Part shown: positions 36,527-45,886 of the stretch, piece after piece
How the letters are laid out: each line of letters starts with the position of its first letter
Numbering within the stretch: position 1 is the stretch's first letter
NCBI GenBank assembly: GCA_013694995.1
Contig: JACDBH010000002.1
Location: forward strand, 17,425-81,424
Reading direction: 5' to 3'
Source of the DNA: Candidatus Saccharimonadota bacterium
GTDB lineage: Bacteria > Patescibacteriota > Saccharimonadia > Saccharimonadales > JACDBH01
Length of the DNA stretch: 64,000 nucleotides
Notes under the pieces: generated by a model
What the model saw: only the letters and a program-made list of their open reading frames with translations
The model's database searches: none
Told to the model about the DNA's origin: nothing
Position numbers and translations under genes: made by a program

Positions 36527-37285
36527 ATGATTAGAGTTGAAGAAGCGAGGGTAAATACAGTCATGGCACGTAGCGGCCAATATACCGAAACTGATAGATT
36601 ATTTTTAAATCTGGCCGAGCAAGTCAAATTGCCGTTTGTGCAGATTTTGCATGAATCGGAACTTTTAAGAACCAGATTCCAAGATCCAAGTATTGCAGCT
36701 TCGAGTCAACTTATTACCATGACCAGCCAGTCGGCTTTGAGCTTAATAGATGGCTATTTGCTTAGCGTTCAGATGCAGAACGAGCAGCAGTTGGAGTTGG
36801 AACCGGTGTCAGTAAGTTCGGCAGTCTATGATGTTGCAGAATCACTTGATCAGTATGCCCAAGCCCATAGCTGTAAATTAGAACTACACGTAGCCGGCAA
36901 ATACGGCCCAGTGATGGCCAACCGTCGCGCAGTTTACGTGGCTCTTAGAAATCTAAGCTCTAATTTTATAGAGGCTGTTTCAGCGCAACGCTCAGAAAGT
37001 GATATGACTTTGCGACTAGCAGTTAGAAAGAACGCCAGTGGAGTCAGTACGGGAATATTTTCATATTATCCATTACTTTCCAGTAGTTTGTTAGCCAAGG
37101 CAAAGCTTATAAACGGTATGGTTCATCAGCCAATGGCCAAATTTGATAGCGGTATGGGGAGCGGGGTTTTTGTTGCTGATGCTTTGCTGCGCCAGTTCGA
37201 CGCGCCTCTCAAGGTTGCACGATTTCAAGGTATGCACGGTCTCGCCACAACCTTGCTACCAAGTCGGCAGCTTAACCTCATTTGA
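36527..37285 (+). CDS. Soluble histidine-kinase-like protein lacking the phospho-acceptor His
   Basis: 252 aa. H-box-like FLNLAEQVKLPF (E/Q where His is expected), N-box ALRNLSSNFIEA, G2-like SGMGSGVF. The true start may be Met at 36563. Confidence 0.65.
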   Translation: MIRVEEARVNTVMARSGQYTETDRLFLNLAEQVKLPFVQILHESELLRTRFQDPSIAASSQLITMTSQSALSLIDGYLLSVQMQNEQQLELEPVSVSSAVYDVAESLDQYAQAHSCKLELHVAGKYGPVMANRRAVYVALRNLSSNFIEAVSAQRSESDMTLRLAVRKNASGVSTGIFSYYPLLSSSLLAKAKLINGMVHQPMAKFDSGMGSGVFVADALLRQFDAPLKVARFQGMHGLATTLLPSRQLNLI

Positions 37286-37677
37286 TTATGCCGAATATAT
37301 TACTGCTTGAGCCTAACCAGTTGTTGGGAGAACAATATTCCAACTATCTTCGTAATTTAGATTATGTAGTTGATTGGGTCAAAAACGCCCAAGAAGCGGT
37401 TTTCCAAGCTGATAAGAAAAAGCCCGATCTGGTACTGATGGAACTTCTGTTGGCAGCCCATAGTGGCCTGGAATTTTTATACGAATTCAGAAGTTACAAC
37501 GAGTGGCAATCGGTTCCGATTATTATTCTAAGCCGCATTCCAAGAGCGGAATTTCCAGTCAGTGATAAAATTCTCGCCGAGTTCGGTATTACTAAATTTT
37601 TGTATAAGCCAGAAACTACGCTTAACGATTTAAGCGCGAAAATTGCACGTATATTACCTGCAAAAATGCAGGCCTAA
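37282..37677 (+). CDS. Receiver-like protein with non-canonical active site (pseudo-receiver)
   Basis: 131 aa. LLLEPN replaces the acidic DD pair. DLVLMELLL has Glu at the phospho-Asp position. IIILS and LYKP are retained. Overlaps the upstream stop codon. Confidence 0.7.
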   Translation: MIMPNILLLEPNQLLGEQYSNYLRNLDYVVDWVKNAQEAVFQADKKKPDLVLMELLLAAHSGLEFLYEFRSYNEWQSVPIIILSRIPRAEFPVSDKILAEFGITKFLYKPETTLNDLSAKIARILPAKMQA

Positions 37678-38378
37678 TGAATAACCTGGCGACAAGCGGG
37701 ATCATACTCCGACGCATAGAGTACGGTGAAGCTGATCGCATTATTACTTTTTTGACTGCCGAATATGGCAAAATGACAGCAATTGCCAAGGGTGTACGGA
37801 AACAAAATAGTAAACTTGCGGGTGGGGTCGAACTATTCAGTGTATCTGAACTGCATTTTATAAAAGGTAGAAAGGAAATAGATACACTAGTCTCAACCCG
37901 GCTGCAAAAACATTTTGGTTCAATTGTTAAAGATGTCCGTCGTACCGAAATTGGATTTTTGATGCTCAAGGTTGCCTATAAGACAATTGAAGATGGAGCC
38001 GGCCAAGAATACTATCCGGTACTCGAAGATGGACTGTCCGCCTTGAATGAATTAAGTATCCCGGCTGTACTTAGTGAATTATCATTTGATATGCGGGTAC
38101 TTCAGCTGCTCGGGCATGTGCCTAAGTTTAATGTCGATCAAAAAGGGGATGCCATCGGTGAGGCTGACTCCTATCAGTTTGATTTTGACTTGGTGAAGTT
38201 TATTCCTGCCGGTGGCGGCTTATTTACTAAGAACCATGTCAAGCTCCTCAGGCTGCTTGCCCATAATAGCCCACTGACCTTAAAAGCGGTTCAAAATGTA
38301 GAGCAGTACTGTGATGATTTAGCGCCGCTAGTACGTCATCTGGCACAACAGTATTTGCCTATAGTGCTACAAACTTGA
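37677..38378 (+). CDS. recO: DNA repair protein RecO
   Basis: 233 aa. GIILRRIEYGEADRIITFLT OB-fold N-terminus. Its ATG overlaps the upstream TAA by 1 nt. Confidence 0.88.
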   Translation: MNNLATSGIILRRIEYGEADRIITFLTAEYGKMTAIAKGVRKQNSKLAGGVELFSVSELHFIKGRKEIDTLVSTRLQKHFGSIVKDVRRTEIGFLMLKVAYKTIEDGAGQEYYPVLEDGLSALNELSIPAVLSELSFDMRVLQLLGHVPKFNVDQKGDAIGEADSYQFDFDLVKFIPAGGGLFTKNHVKLLRLLAHNSPLTLKAVQNVEQYCDDLAPLVRHLAQQYLPIVLQT

Positions 38379-38434
38379 CAATGATGCTTATGTTTGCTAT
38401 AATATAAGTATTAAATTAAAATAAAATAAAACTG

Positions 38435-38911
38435 ATGAATAATATAAATAATTACGAGTACATAGAACCAGACCAGGCAGCTGAACTAGCACGTCCTGGT
38501 ATCGCTGAGAATCGACCATTTGATCAAGAAAAGGGTGATGTGTTTTCATACTTCACCTTGGATCCATCACAATCAGTACAGTTAGATAAAGAACCTAACC
38601 CTAAATTAAATAACATTGTTAAATCTATCACCGATGCACCTAGCTTACGTGGCAAGAAAATTCCTAGTAATCAGCCCAGAATCTTCGATATTAGTGAACA
38701 AAGCGAATCTATTGAAACAGATCCGGTCAAGAAAATGTCAGCGCTAGACGTATATCAAGCACGAACAACAAAATTTGGAAAGTTTGTTGACCGGCTAGTA
38801 TTTGGCAAAGACGTTGTAGGCACTCGAGTTCACTCTAAGGCAGTTGATGCTGCTAATAAACGTAAGTTTGTCGAAAAGCAAACTGACCGGCTTACGCGCC
38901 CGCATTTCTAA
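38435..38911 (+). CDS. Hypothetical protein (158 aa)
   Basis: Clean ORF with no motif recognised. TATAAT promoter with a 30-nt AT-rich leader. Confidence 0.55.
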   Translation: MNNINNYEYIEPDQAAELARPGIAENRPFDQEKGDVFSYFTLDPSQSVQLDKEPNPKLNNIVKSITDAPSLRGKKIPSNQPRIFDISEQSESIETDPVKKMSALDVYQARTTKFGKFVDRLVFGKDVVGTRVHSKAVDAANKRKFVEKQTDRLTRPHF

Positions 38912-38970
38912 AGACTGCTTAAACTTGGGTCATTTCTTAACTACATAAAGCTCCTGTATACTTATGCTCA

Positions 38971-40308
38971 ATGAGCGAAGTTAAGATGGAAGATATCGTA
39001 AGCCTTTGTAAGCGTCGCGGTTTTGTATTCCAGGCAAGTGAAATATATGGTGGTTTGGCAGGTTTTTATGACTACGGCCCTCTCGGAGTAGAGCTGCTGA
39101 ATAATATCAAACAGGAGTGGTGGCAGGCTATGGTCCATGAGCATGAAAACATATTTGGTGTTGATGGCGCTATCATTCAAAATCCTAAGCTATGGGAAGC
39201 AAGTGGCCATATTGCCGGCTTCACAGATCCTCTGGTGGATTGTAAAAATTGTGGTGCGCGTCACCGAGCTGATCACTTAGCCGGAACGGACTCCACGGAT
39301 TTATTAGAATTAAAAAAATTGCTTACAGATAAAGCATGTCCGTCTTGCGGTAAAAAAGCCCTTATGGAGCCACGCAAATATAACATGATGATGAAGACCT
39401 GGATCGGCCCAGTTGAAGACGACAGCTCGATAGCATATTTACGGCCAGAAACTGCTGGTTCTATTTTTACTAATTATGAAAATGTTCGCGAGACTATGCG
39501 TGCAAAACTTCCGTTTGGCATTGCACAGATAGGTAAAGCTTTTCGCAATGAAATTTCCCCTCGGGATTTTATCTTTCGAGTGCGTGAACTCGAACAAATG
39601 GAAATGCAATATTTCATCAATCCAAAAGATGAAAAAGAATCATACGAACGATGGCGGGAATTTGCCTGGACATTCGTAACAGAGCGAATGGGGATAAATG
39701 AGGAAAATATTCAATGGCATGAACATGGTCCGGAAGAAAGGGCTCATTATGCTGCCGCTGCACACGATATTTATTTTAAGTTCCCACAAGGCTTTAAGGA
39801 GCTCATGGGTACGCATGATCGTACAGACTTTGATTTAGGTAATCACCAGAGAGTGAGCGGCAAGGATCTGCAATATTACGAGGAAGAGACTAAGCAGAAG
39901 TTTATTCCTTATGTCATAGAGTCTTCCATGGGCCTGGGCCGCATATTCCTAGCCGTGCTTATTAACGCATATTGTGAGGACGAGCAGAAAGGTGAGAAAC
40001 GCATATTCTTGAAATTGCCGGAACATCTGGCGTCCGTTAAATATGCCGTTTCACCATTACTAAAAAACAAACCGGAGCTTGTTGATAAAGCCCGCGAAGT
40101 TTACAAAATGCTGAAGGAAAAATACGGTGCTGTCATGTGGGACGATAACGGCAACATCGGCAAACGCTACCGCCGCCAGGACGAAATCGGCACTCCCAAC
40201 TGCGTTGTGATTGATTTTGAAACATTAGAAAATAACACCGTAACCATACGCGACCGCGATACTACGGAACAAAAGCGGGTAAGCATTGATGAACTTACAA
40301 ATCGTTAG
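38971..40308 (+). CDS. glyQS: Glycyl-tRNA synthetase (alpha2 type)
   Basis: 445 aa. RRGFVFQASEIYGGLAGFYDYGPLG N-terminus and a class II core. Confidence 0.95.
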   Translation: MSEVKMEDIVSLCKRRGFVFQASEIYGGLAGFYDYGPLGVELLNNIKQEWWQAMVHEHENIFGVDGAIIQNPKLWEASGHIAGFTDPLVDCKNCGARHRADHLAGTDSTDLLELKKLLTDKACPSCGKKALMEPRKYNMMMKTWIGPVEDDSSIAYLRPETAGSIFTNYENVRETMRAKLPFGIAQIGKAFRNEISPRDFIFRVRELEQMEMQYFINPKDEKESYERWREFAWTFVTERMGINEENIQWHEHGPEERAHYAAAAHDIYFKFPQGFKELMGTHDRTDFDLGNHQRVSGKDLQYYEEETKQKFIPYVIESSMGLGRIFLAVLINAYCEDEQKGEKRIFLKLPEHLASVKYAVSPLLKNKPELVDKAREVYKMLKEKYGAVMWDDNGNIGKRYRRQDEIGTPNCVVIDFETLENNTVTIRDRDTTEQKRVSIDELTNR

Positions 40309-40368
40309 AATCTGGCACATCTACTTAAAGGCAAAGTTATTCTCTAAAAACGTCTAAGTTAATAATAC

Positions 40369-40422
40369 TTACAGAAAAAGCTTGCTTTCTGTTAAGCATA
40401 AGAGTATTACAGAAAGTAATAC
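40369..40422 (+). other. Two tandem hairpins downstream of glyQS, each starting with TTACAGAAA
   Basis: ACAGAAA (40371-40377) / TTTCTGT (40386-40392), and GTATTAC (40404-40410) / GTAATAC (40416-40422). Neither has a clear U-tail. Confidence 0.35.
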
Positions 40423-40444
40423 ATAATTAAGGAAAAACAAAATT

Positions 40445-40861
40445 ATGGCTGAATGGCTAAAAGTGCTACCCGCCTCTTACACGCGCCCTAAAGAAGTAAG
40501 AGAGACGGCTTGCAAGGAGTTGTTTGCTAAACTGAATTATGATGCAGCTGATAGTGGCACGGAAATATCTAGGCTAGATGCCCAGGGTGTACTTAATCTA
40601 CTTGGACCGAATTTTTGTCATGCTCTAGATTTTGCAACCAGGCGAGAATACAACGATAAAGTTCGGCTTACGGAAGAAGATTATCAATATCGGCGTATAG
40701 CGGCAGGTGGTGAAATAGCCTGGGCGATAAACCATGCCGTTGAAGCCCAAACTTTGTCAGAAATCCGGCAAGCGGATTCGGTTGTATTGAGCTTGGTTGA
40801 AGTGCCCGAGCAAGAACAGGAATTACAGCCGCTCATGTTAGATAAAGACGTAGCAGCCTAA
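40445..40861 (+). CDS. Hypothetical protein (138 aa)
   Basis: Clean ORF with an AAGGAAAAA purine tract upstream. No motif recognised. Confidence 0.5.
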   Translation: MAEWLKVLPASYTRPKEVRETACKELFAKLNYDAADSGTEISRLDAQGVLNLLGPNFCHALDFATRREYNDKVRLTEEDYQYRRIAAGGEIAWAINHAVEAQTLSEIRQADSVVLSLVEVPEQEQELQPLMLDKDVAA

Positions 40862-40916
40862 TTGTAGAAATAACAATTGTTAACATGATAATTATTTAAG
40901 TGGTTAATATCCTTTT

Positions 40917-41450
40917 ATGAACCTTACCGAGCGATACAACACGATGTCCAGCCCACCATCTTACGGCGATTTTGAAGTGATAAAAGAAGCGGTAATTGAA
41001 CTAGGTAAAATATCGGGAGCGTCGGTTCGTAGTACTTTTACTAGCACGATGGTGCATGTGGAACGGCTGTATGCCGATATGGACTTTCTTGCATGGCCAC
41101 TACTCCAGAGGCGTATTGTCGCCAAAGTCAAATACAACCCCGAGACTGAGCAAGAAAGGATGCTGTGTGCATTTACAGACAACGCGTTAAATAATACAAA
41201 GATCGGGCATGGAATAAGACATACGTATGTAATAGGCGCCAATAGCGGTGAGGTAGATGAGTTTTGGCACACTGTTGTGGCTGTGCCCAAAATATTGGCG
41301 CCCGTTAATGAACCTAAATTAACTGACGCAGAGCTAGATTCTAGCTATAGAGGAGAAAAAATATTACGAAGCAACTTAGAAGGGCAACTAGACCTGTCTA
41401 AACACGAATGTATTGTCTTATATGACAGAATTGCTGAATTTTCTAAGTAG
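40917..41450 (+). CDS. Hypothetical protein (177 aa)
   Basis: Clean ORF with TAATAT 6 nt before the ATG. No motif recognised. Confidence 0.5.
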   Translation: MNLTERYNTMSSPPSYGDFEVIKEAVIELGKISGASVRSTFTSTMVHVERLYADMDFLAWPLLQRRIVAKVKYNPETEQERMLCAFTDNALNNTKIGHGIRHTYVIGANSGEVDEFWHTVVAVPKILAPVNEPKLTDAELDSSYRGEKILRSNLEGQLDLSKHECIVLYDRIAEFSK

Positions 41451-41528
41451 AAAATAAAAAACTATACTTGCTGAGCTTTGGCAGTCGGAGCATAATCAAA
41501 GTATAAGTTTTAACAAGGAGTTAATCTC

Positions 41529-41948
41529 ATGGACGTGCAGGTAAATTATTTAGCAGTTTTACTGGCTGCACTATCCAGTATGGTAGTAGGTATGGTCTGG
41601 TATGCCAAGCCCGTTTTTGGTACTGACTGGCAGAAGCTCGTTAAACTAAGCGATAAGGACATGAAGGCTTGGGCGCCATTTGCACTAGTTGTGGCATTTA
41701 CTTCTTCGCTCGTCATGGCTTATGTGCTGGCGCATGTAGCGTTCCTGTCTAATAATTTTTATCATAATTCTTTTTTGCAAGATGCATTAACGACAGGCTT
41801 ATGGATATGGCTAGGCTTTCAAGGGCTAAGATTATTTATGCATGACCAATTCGAACGCCGCCGCAAAAAACTCAGTATCATCAACGCCGGCAATGAACTA
41901 GCGACTATCATGTTGATGGCACTTATTATCGGTTTAATGAAACCATAA
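41529..41948 (+). CDS. DUF1761-like small membrane protein
   Basis: 139 aa. N-terminus NYLAVLLAALSSMVVGMVWYAKPVFGTDW is typical of the family. AAGGAG SD upstream. Confidence 0.7.
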   Translation: MDVQVNYLAVLLAALSSMVVGMVWYAKPVFGTDWQKLVKLSDKDMKAWAPFALVVAFTSSLVMAYVLAHVAFLSNNFYHNSFLQDALTTGLWIWLGFQGLRLFMHDQFERRRKKLSIINAGNELATIMLMALIIGLMKP

Positions 41949-41996
41949 GCCCTACCTTACCAGTATTGAGAACTAGCATGGTAGTATAAACGTAAG

Positions 41997-42635
41997 ATGC
42001 GACCTTTTAAGAAAAATAAACCAGAGATAAAGCAACGCGGCAATTACGCCTTCATTGACAGCCAAAACCTTAACCTTGGAACCCAGAAAATGGGCTGGAA
42101 GATGGATTGGAAGAAATTTAGGGAATTCCTTAGGGATCAGTACAATGTCGAAAAAGCCTTCATGTTTATCGGTTACATGCCAGACTATGAAAAATTATAT
42201 GACCAGTTGCATTCCCAAGGCTACTTGGTAGTTTTAAAACCGACGCTTGAAATGTTTGCAACTGAGTCGAAAACGACTGAAGCAGGGGGGTTGATGTCCG
42301 AGGAAAACACCAAAGAGCCAGAGGAGAAAAAAATAGCTCCGAAGGGTAACGTTGATGCCGACTTGGTACTCTACGTTTTAAAGGAAATGCCCAACTACCA
42401 TAAGGCAGTAGTAGTATCGGGAGATGGAGATTTCTACTCAATGATTGAATATTTAGACCAAAAGCAAAAATTACACAAGCTGCTGACGCCAAACTGGCAA
42501 TATTCCAGTCTTTTAAAGCCCTATGAACGTTATATCGAGCGCCTTGACCAAAAGCGCAAGGAGCTGCGCTACCATGACCATCACAAGCGGAAGCCAAACC
42601 AGAAGCCGGAACCTCAACAAGGCTCACGGCATTAA
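41997..42635 (+). CDS. NYN (LabA-like) domain protein with basic tail
   Basis: 212 aa. YAFIDSQNLNLG and VVSGDGDF motifs. Lys/His-rich C-terminus. Confidence 0.75.
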   Translation: MRPFKKNKPEIKQRGNYAFIDSQNLNLGTQKMGWKMDWKKFREFLRDQYNVEKAFMFIGYMPDYEKLYDQLHSQGYLVVLKPTLEMFATESKTTEAGGLMSEENTKEPEEKKIAPKGNVDADLVLYVLKEMPNYHKAVVVSGDGDFYSMIEYLDQKQKLHKLLTPNWQYSSLLKPYERYIERLDQKRKELRYHDHHKRKPNQKPEPQQGSRH

Positions 42636-42636
42636 T

Positions 42637-42674
42637 CCTGTACCCGTAACCTTAAACCCTGTACTCTATAAATC
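42637..42674 (+). promoter_or_regulatory. Conserved promoter element in front of the PIF1-like helicase gene
   Basis: Two CCTGTACYC copies. TGTACC (42639-42644) lies 17 nt from TACTCT (42662-42667), with 7 nt to the ATG. Confidence 0.5.
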
Positions 42675-44213
42675 ATGACCCAAGCGGAGGCTCTGGCTAT
42701 TTTAGAGTCGGGCCAGTCGGTGCTGCTGACTGGTGCGGCCGGTACTGGCAAGACTTATGTTTTGAATCAGTTTATTCGGCGCGCCCGAGCGAGTGGTAAG
42801 AATGTGGCGGTTACAGCTACTACCGGACTGGCGGCAACTCACCTGAACGGCACAACTATTCACGCCTGGTCGGGTATTGGTGTGCGCGACTTAATTGACG
42901 AAGGATTTTTTCATAAAATGAGCAAGCAGCGCACTGACCTTATTAATAAAGCGGACATATTAATTATCGATGAAGTCAGCATGTTACATGACTTCCGCTT
43001 GGATATGGTTGAAGAAATCACCCACTCAGTACGAGGTGGTGAGAGACCTTTTGGAGGACTGCAGGTAATATTGTGTGGTGATTTTTTCCAGCTGCCACCA
43101 ATAAATAGACGCGATAACCGGCAGGGAAGTTTTGTAACAGGATCGCAAACCTGGAAGAACGGCGCCTTTACAGTCTGTTACCTGGAAGAACAATTCCGCC
43201 AGAGCGAAGATAATGCCTACGGAGCGATTTTAAATGGCATACGAGCGGGGCAACTGACCCGTAGCCAGCTTGAGGCCTTGCAGCAGCGATCTGAAGGAGT
43301 TGCCAGTCCATTTACTACCCGTACACGGCTGTTAACTATCAACGTTGATGTCGACGCTATCAATGCAGAGCATTTGGAGGACTTAAAAGAAAAAAACTAT
43401 GAATATAAGATGGAAACCAGCGGTCGTAAGCAATATATTGAAACCCTGATGCGTTCCTGCCTGGCACCCGAAACATTGAACCTCAAACGGGGAGCACTGG
43501 TAATGTGTATCAAAAATAGTCAAGACAGGAAATATGTAAATGGCAGTTTAGGAATAGTGGAGGATTTTGAGCCTTACACCAATTATCCGGTTGTTAAACT
43601 TACAAATAACAAAGAAATTACCATTAAACCCGAATCCTGGGAACTAATGGACGGCGACAAGCGACGGGCGACGGTTACGCAGCTGCCGCTACGGCTAGCT
43701 TGGGCCATTACCGTTCATAAGAGTCAAGGCATGACGCTCGATGCTGCTCAGATTGATTTGAGCAAGGCCTTTGTCGAAGGCATGGGCTATGTAGCATTAA
43801 GTCGGGTACGCGGACTAAAATATTTAATTTTGGACGGGTTGAACGGTATGGCGCTACGTACGAGCCCGCTTGCGCGGCAGCTTGATATCGAACTGCGCGC
43901 TCGCAGCCAGACTACACGGCAAGAATACAAAGATGTGATTGATGACTGGCATAAAAGAGAAGAGCTGCGGAAGAATGAACCAGAAAAGCCGGTCAAAACA
44001 GGGAAAAGCTGGGCAGAAAAGTTAGAAAAAATGCGTGAGGAATACCCAAATGCCTATAGGCCATGGGCGGAGGCAGAGGATGTAAAGCTTGTTAAATTAT
44101 TTGCTGGTGATGTCAGTGTTAAATCTTTAAGTAAGATGATGGGGCGGCATCCCGGGTCTATCCGAGCCCGGCTTAAGAAGCATTTCGGTGAAGATGTAGT
44201 TTTTAAAAAATAG
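42675..44213 (+). CDS. PIF1/RecD-family SF1B helicase with C-terminal HTH-like extension
   Basis: 512 aa. GAAGTGKTY Walker A, IIDEVSM, CGDFFQLPP and ITVHKSQG motifs. Confidence 0.85.
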   Translation: MTQAEALAILESGQSVLLTGAAGTGKTYVLNQFIRRARASGKNVAVTATTGLAATHLNGTTIHAWSGIGVRDLIDEGFFHKMSKQRTDLINKADILIIDEVSMLHDFRLDMVEEITHSVRGGERPFGGLQVILCGDFFQLPPINRRDNRQGSFVTGSQTWKNGAFTVCYLEEQFRQSEDNAYGAILNGIRAGQLTRSQLEALQQRSEGVASPFTTRTRLLTINVDVDAINAEHLEDLKEKNYEYKMETSGRKQYIETLMRSCLAPETLNLKRGALVMCIKNSQDRKYVNGSLGIVEDFEPYTNYPVVKLTNNKEITIKPESWELMDGDKRRATVTQLPLRLAWAITVHKSQGMTLDAAQIDLSKAFVEGMGYVALSRVRGLKYLILDGLNGMALRTSPLARQLDIELRARSQTTRQEYKDVIDDWHKREELRKNEPEKPVKTGKSWAEKLEKMREEYPNAYRPWAEAEDVKLVKLFAGDVSVKSLSKMMGRHPGSIRARLKKHFGEDVVFKK

Positions 44214-44402
44214 TTTTTGTACTTTCTCCGGCCAAAGAAACTCAGCATTCGCTCACTTTTTGGCACTAAAGATCAAAATAAGGCTAAGTATAGGTGGTGC
44301 TAGTTATCTCAATATTACAATTATTTGATATGAAATATAGTTTAGGAATATTAATTTACGTTTGCTAGACGAACATAATCAAACAAAGGTAGAATATAAG
44401 CA

Positions 44403-45227
44403 ATGCCTAAAAAAATTCTTGAGAGGGTGGGTAAAAAGCCTTATTTTACTGATAAAAATTTTGTATTGTATAACGACGACTCTGTAGAATTTCTAAAACT
44501 GCTTCCTGCGGATAGTATAGATATGATTTTTGCGGATCCTCCTTACAACCTATCTAACGGTGGGTTTACAGTACATGCGGGTAAGATGGTAAGCGTCAAT
44601 AAAGGTAAGTGGGATGTAAGCAAAGGGTTGGACGAGGATTTTGTGTTTCATCATCGCTGGATCCAAGAATGCTGGCGAGTCTTAAAACCCAGTGGAACAA
44701 TATGGATTAGCGGTACATATCATTCCATTTACCAGTGTGGGTATGCCCTGCAATTACTCGGTTATAAAATACTCAATGATATCGCATGGTTTAAGCCTAA
44801 TGCTTCTCCAAATCTCAGCGGGCGTTATTTTACTGCAAGTCATGAAACACTACTTTGGGCTCGCAAAAATCCAGAAGCCAAGCACATTTTTAATTATAAG
44901 GATATGAAAAACGGCGAATGGCACAAAAACGACTTTATTAAAAAGGCTGAGAAGCAAATGCGTAGTGTTTGGGCAATTGGTACACCCAAAGCAGAGGAAA
45001 AAATATTTGGTAAACATCCAACCCAGAAACCAATGGCATTACTTGAAAGAATAATACTGGCTTCAACTAACCCTGGGGATGTTGTAATAGATCCCTTCAC
45101 GGGTAGCTCTACGACAGGACTTGTTGCAGCCAAACACGGACGTCAATTTATTGGCATAGACTTAGAAAAGGAGTACCTTGACCTATCAAAGAAACGTTTC
45201 ATTCATCAGAGAGAAAGGCTACTATGA
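44403..45227 (+). CDS. Type II DNA methyltransferase, beta class (N6-adenine type DPPY)
   Basis: 274 aa. FADPPYNL (motif IV) precedes DPFTGSSTTG (motif I). GKHPTQKP also present. Confidence 0.88.
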   Translation: MPKKILERVGKKPYFTDKNFVLYNDDSVEFLKLLPADSIDMIFADPPYNLSNGGFTVHAGKMVSVNKGKWDVSKGLDEDFVFHHRWIQECWRVLKPSGTIWISGTYHSIYQCGYALQLLGYKILNDIAWFKPNASPNLSGRYFTASHETLLWARKNPEAKHIFNYKDMKNGEWHKNDFIKKAEKQMRSVWAIGTPKAEEKIFGKHPTQKPMALLERIILASTNPGDVVIDPFTGSSTTGLVAAKHGRQFIGIDLEKEYLDLSKKRFIHQRERLL

Positions 45228-45751
45228 AAAAAGGTGGAGTAGGTGGTGCCAACACTCAAACAGGGATTAAATTTGAAGGCAGAGTTGATCTGTTAACAAA
45301 ACTTGACCAACTTACCGATTATGAAGTCAATGGACATACAATCCTTTTCAAAGGTGAAGAGGTTGCATACTCATATCGGAAGAATTCTTTGTATGTATTC
45401 CTTAAGGAACAAGGAGTAGATTATAAAAACTATATTTCTAAACGGTTACTTCCAGATGATGCCATTTATGTCATAAAAGACAACACAGTTTATATAATTG
45501 AAATGAAATTTCAAATTGTAGCAGGTTCAGTTGATGAGAAACTACAAACTTGTGATTTTAAAAAGAAACAATACCAAAAACTTTTTGCTTCGCTTAACTA
45601 CGAAGTGGAATATATTTATGTGCTGAGCGATTGGTTTCGCAAAGAGGAGTATAAAGACGTACGTGATTATATAGTGTCAGTTGGTTGTCGTTTCTATTTC
45701 GAATACTTGCCTCTTAAAGAGATTGGTTTGCCCGTACCAAAACTAAACTAG
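45224..45751 (+). CDS. Putative type II restriction endonuclease (PD-(D/E)XK)
   Basis: 175 aa. ATGA overlap with the methyltransferase gene. LLPDDAIYV...IIEMKFQ fits PD...ExK. Confidence 0.65.
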   Translation: MKKGGVGGANTQTGIKFEGRVDLLTKLDQLTDYEVNGHTILFKGEEVAYSYRKNSLYVFLKEQGVDYKNYISKRLLPDDAIYVIKDNTVYIIEMKFQIVAGSVDEKLQTCDFKKKQYQKLFASLNYEVEYIYVLSDWFRKEEYKDVRDYIVSVGCRFYFEYLPLKEIGLPVPKLN

Positions 45752-45886
45752 GAACAAGTTGTACTTCAATCCCATAACCTAAACTGTGTATATGGCAGGT
45801 GTTTTCCGCATACTTTTTGACAAAAAAAAGTAGCGATTTGTTTCTTAATCAGAAGATAAGCAGTTATTTGTTACAATAAACCATAT

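Noticed and set aside
44225-44239. 15-nt exact repeat TCTCCGGCCAAAGAA at 44225-44239 and 61048-61062, both in intergenic DNA, with loosely similar flanks.
   Set aside because: A 15-mer match is roughly what chance predicts for 64 kb compared against itself. Flanking similarity is weak, there is no hairpin and no terminal inverted repeats, so it is not enough to call a mobile element.
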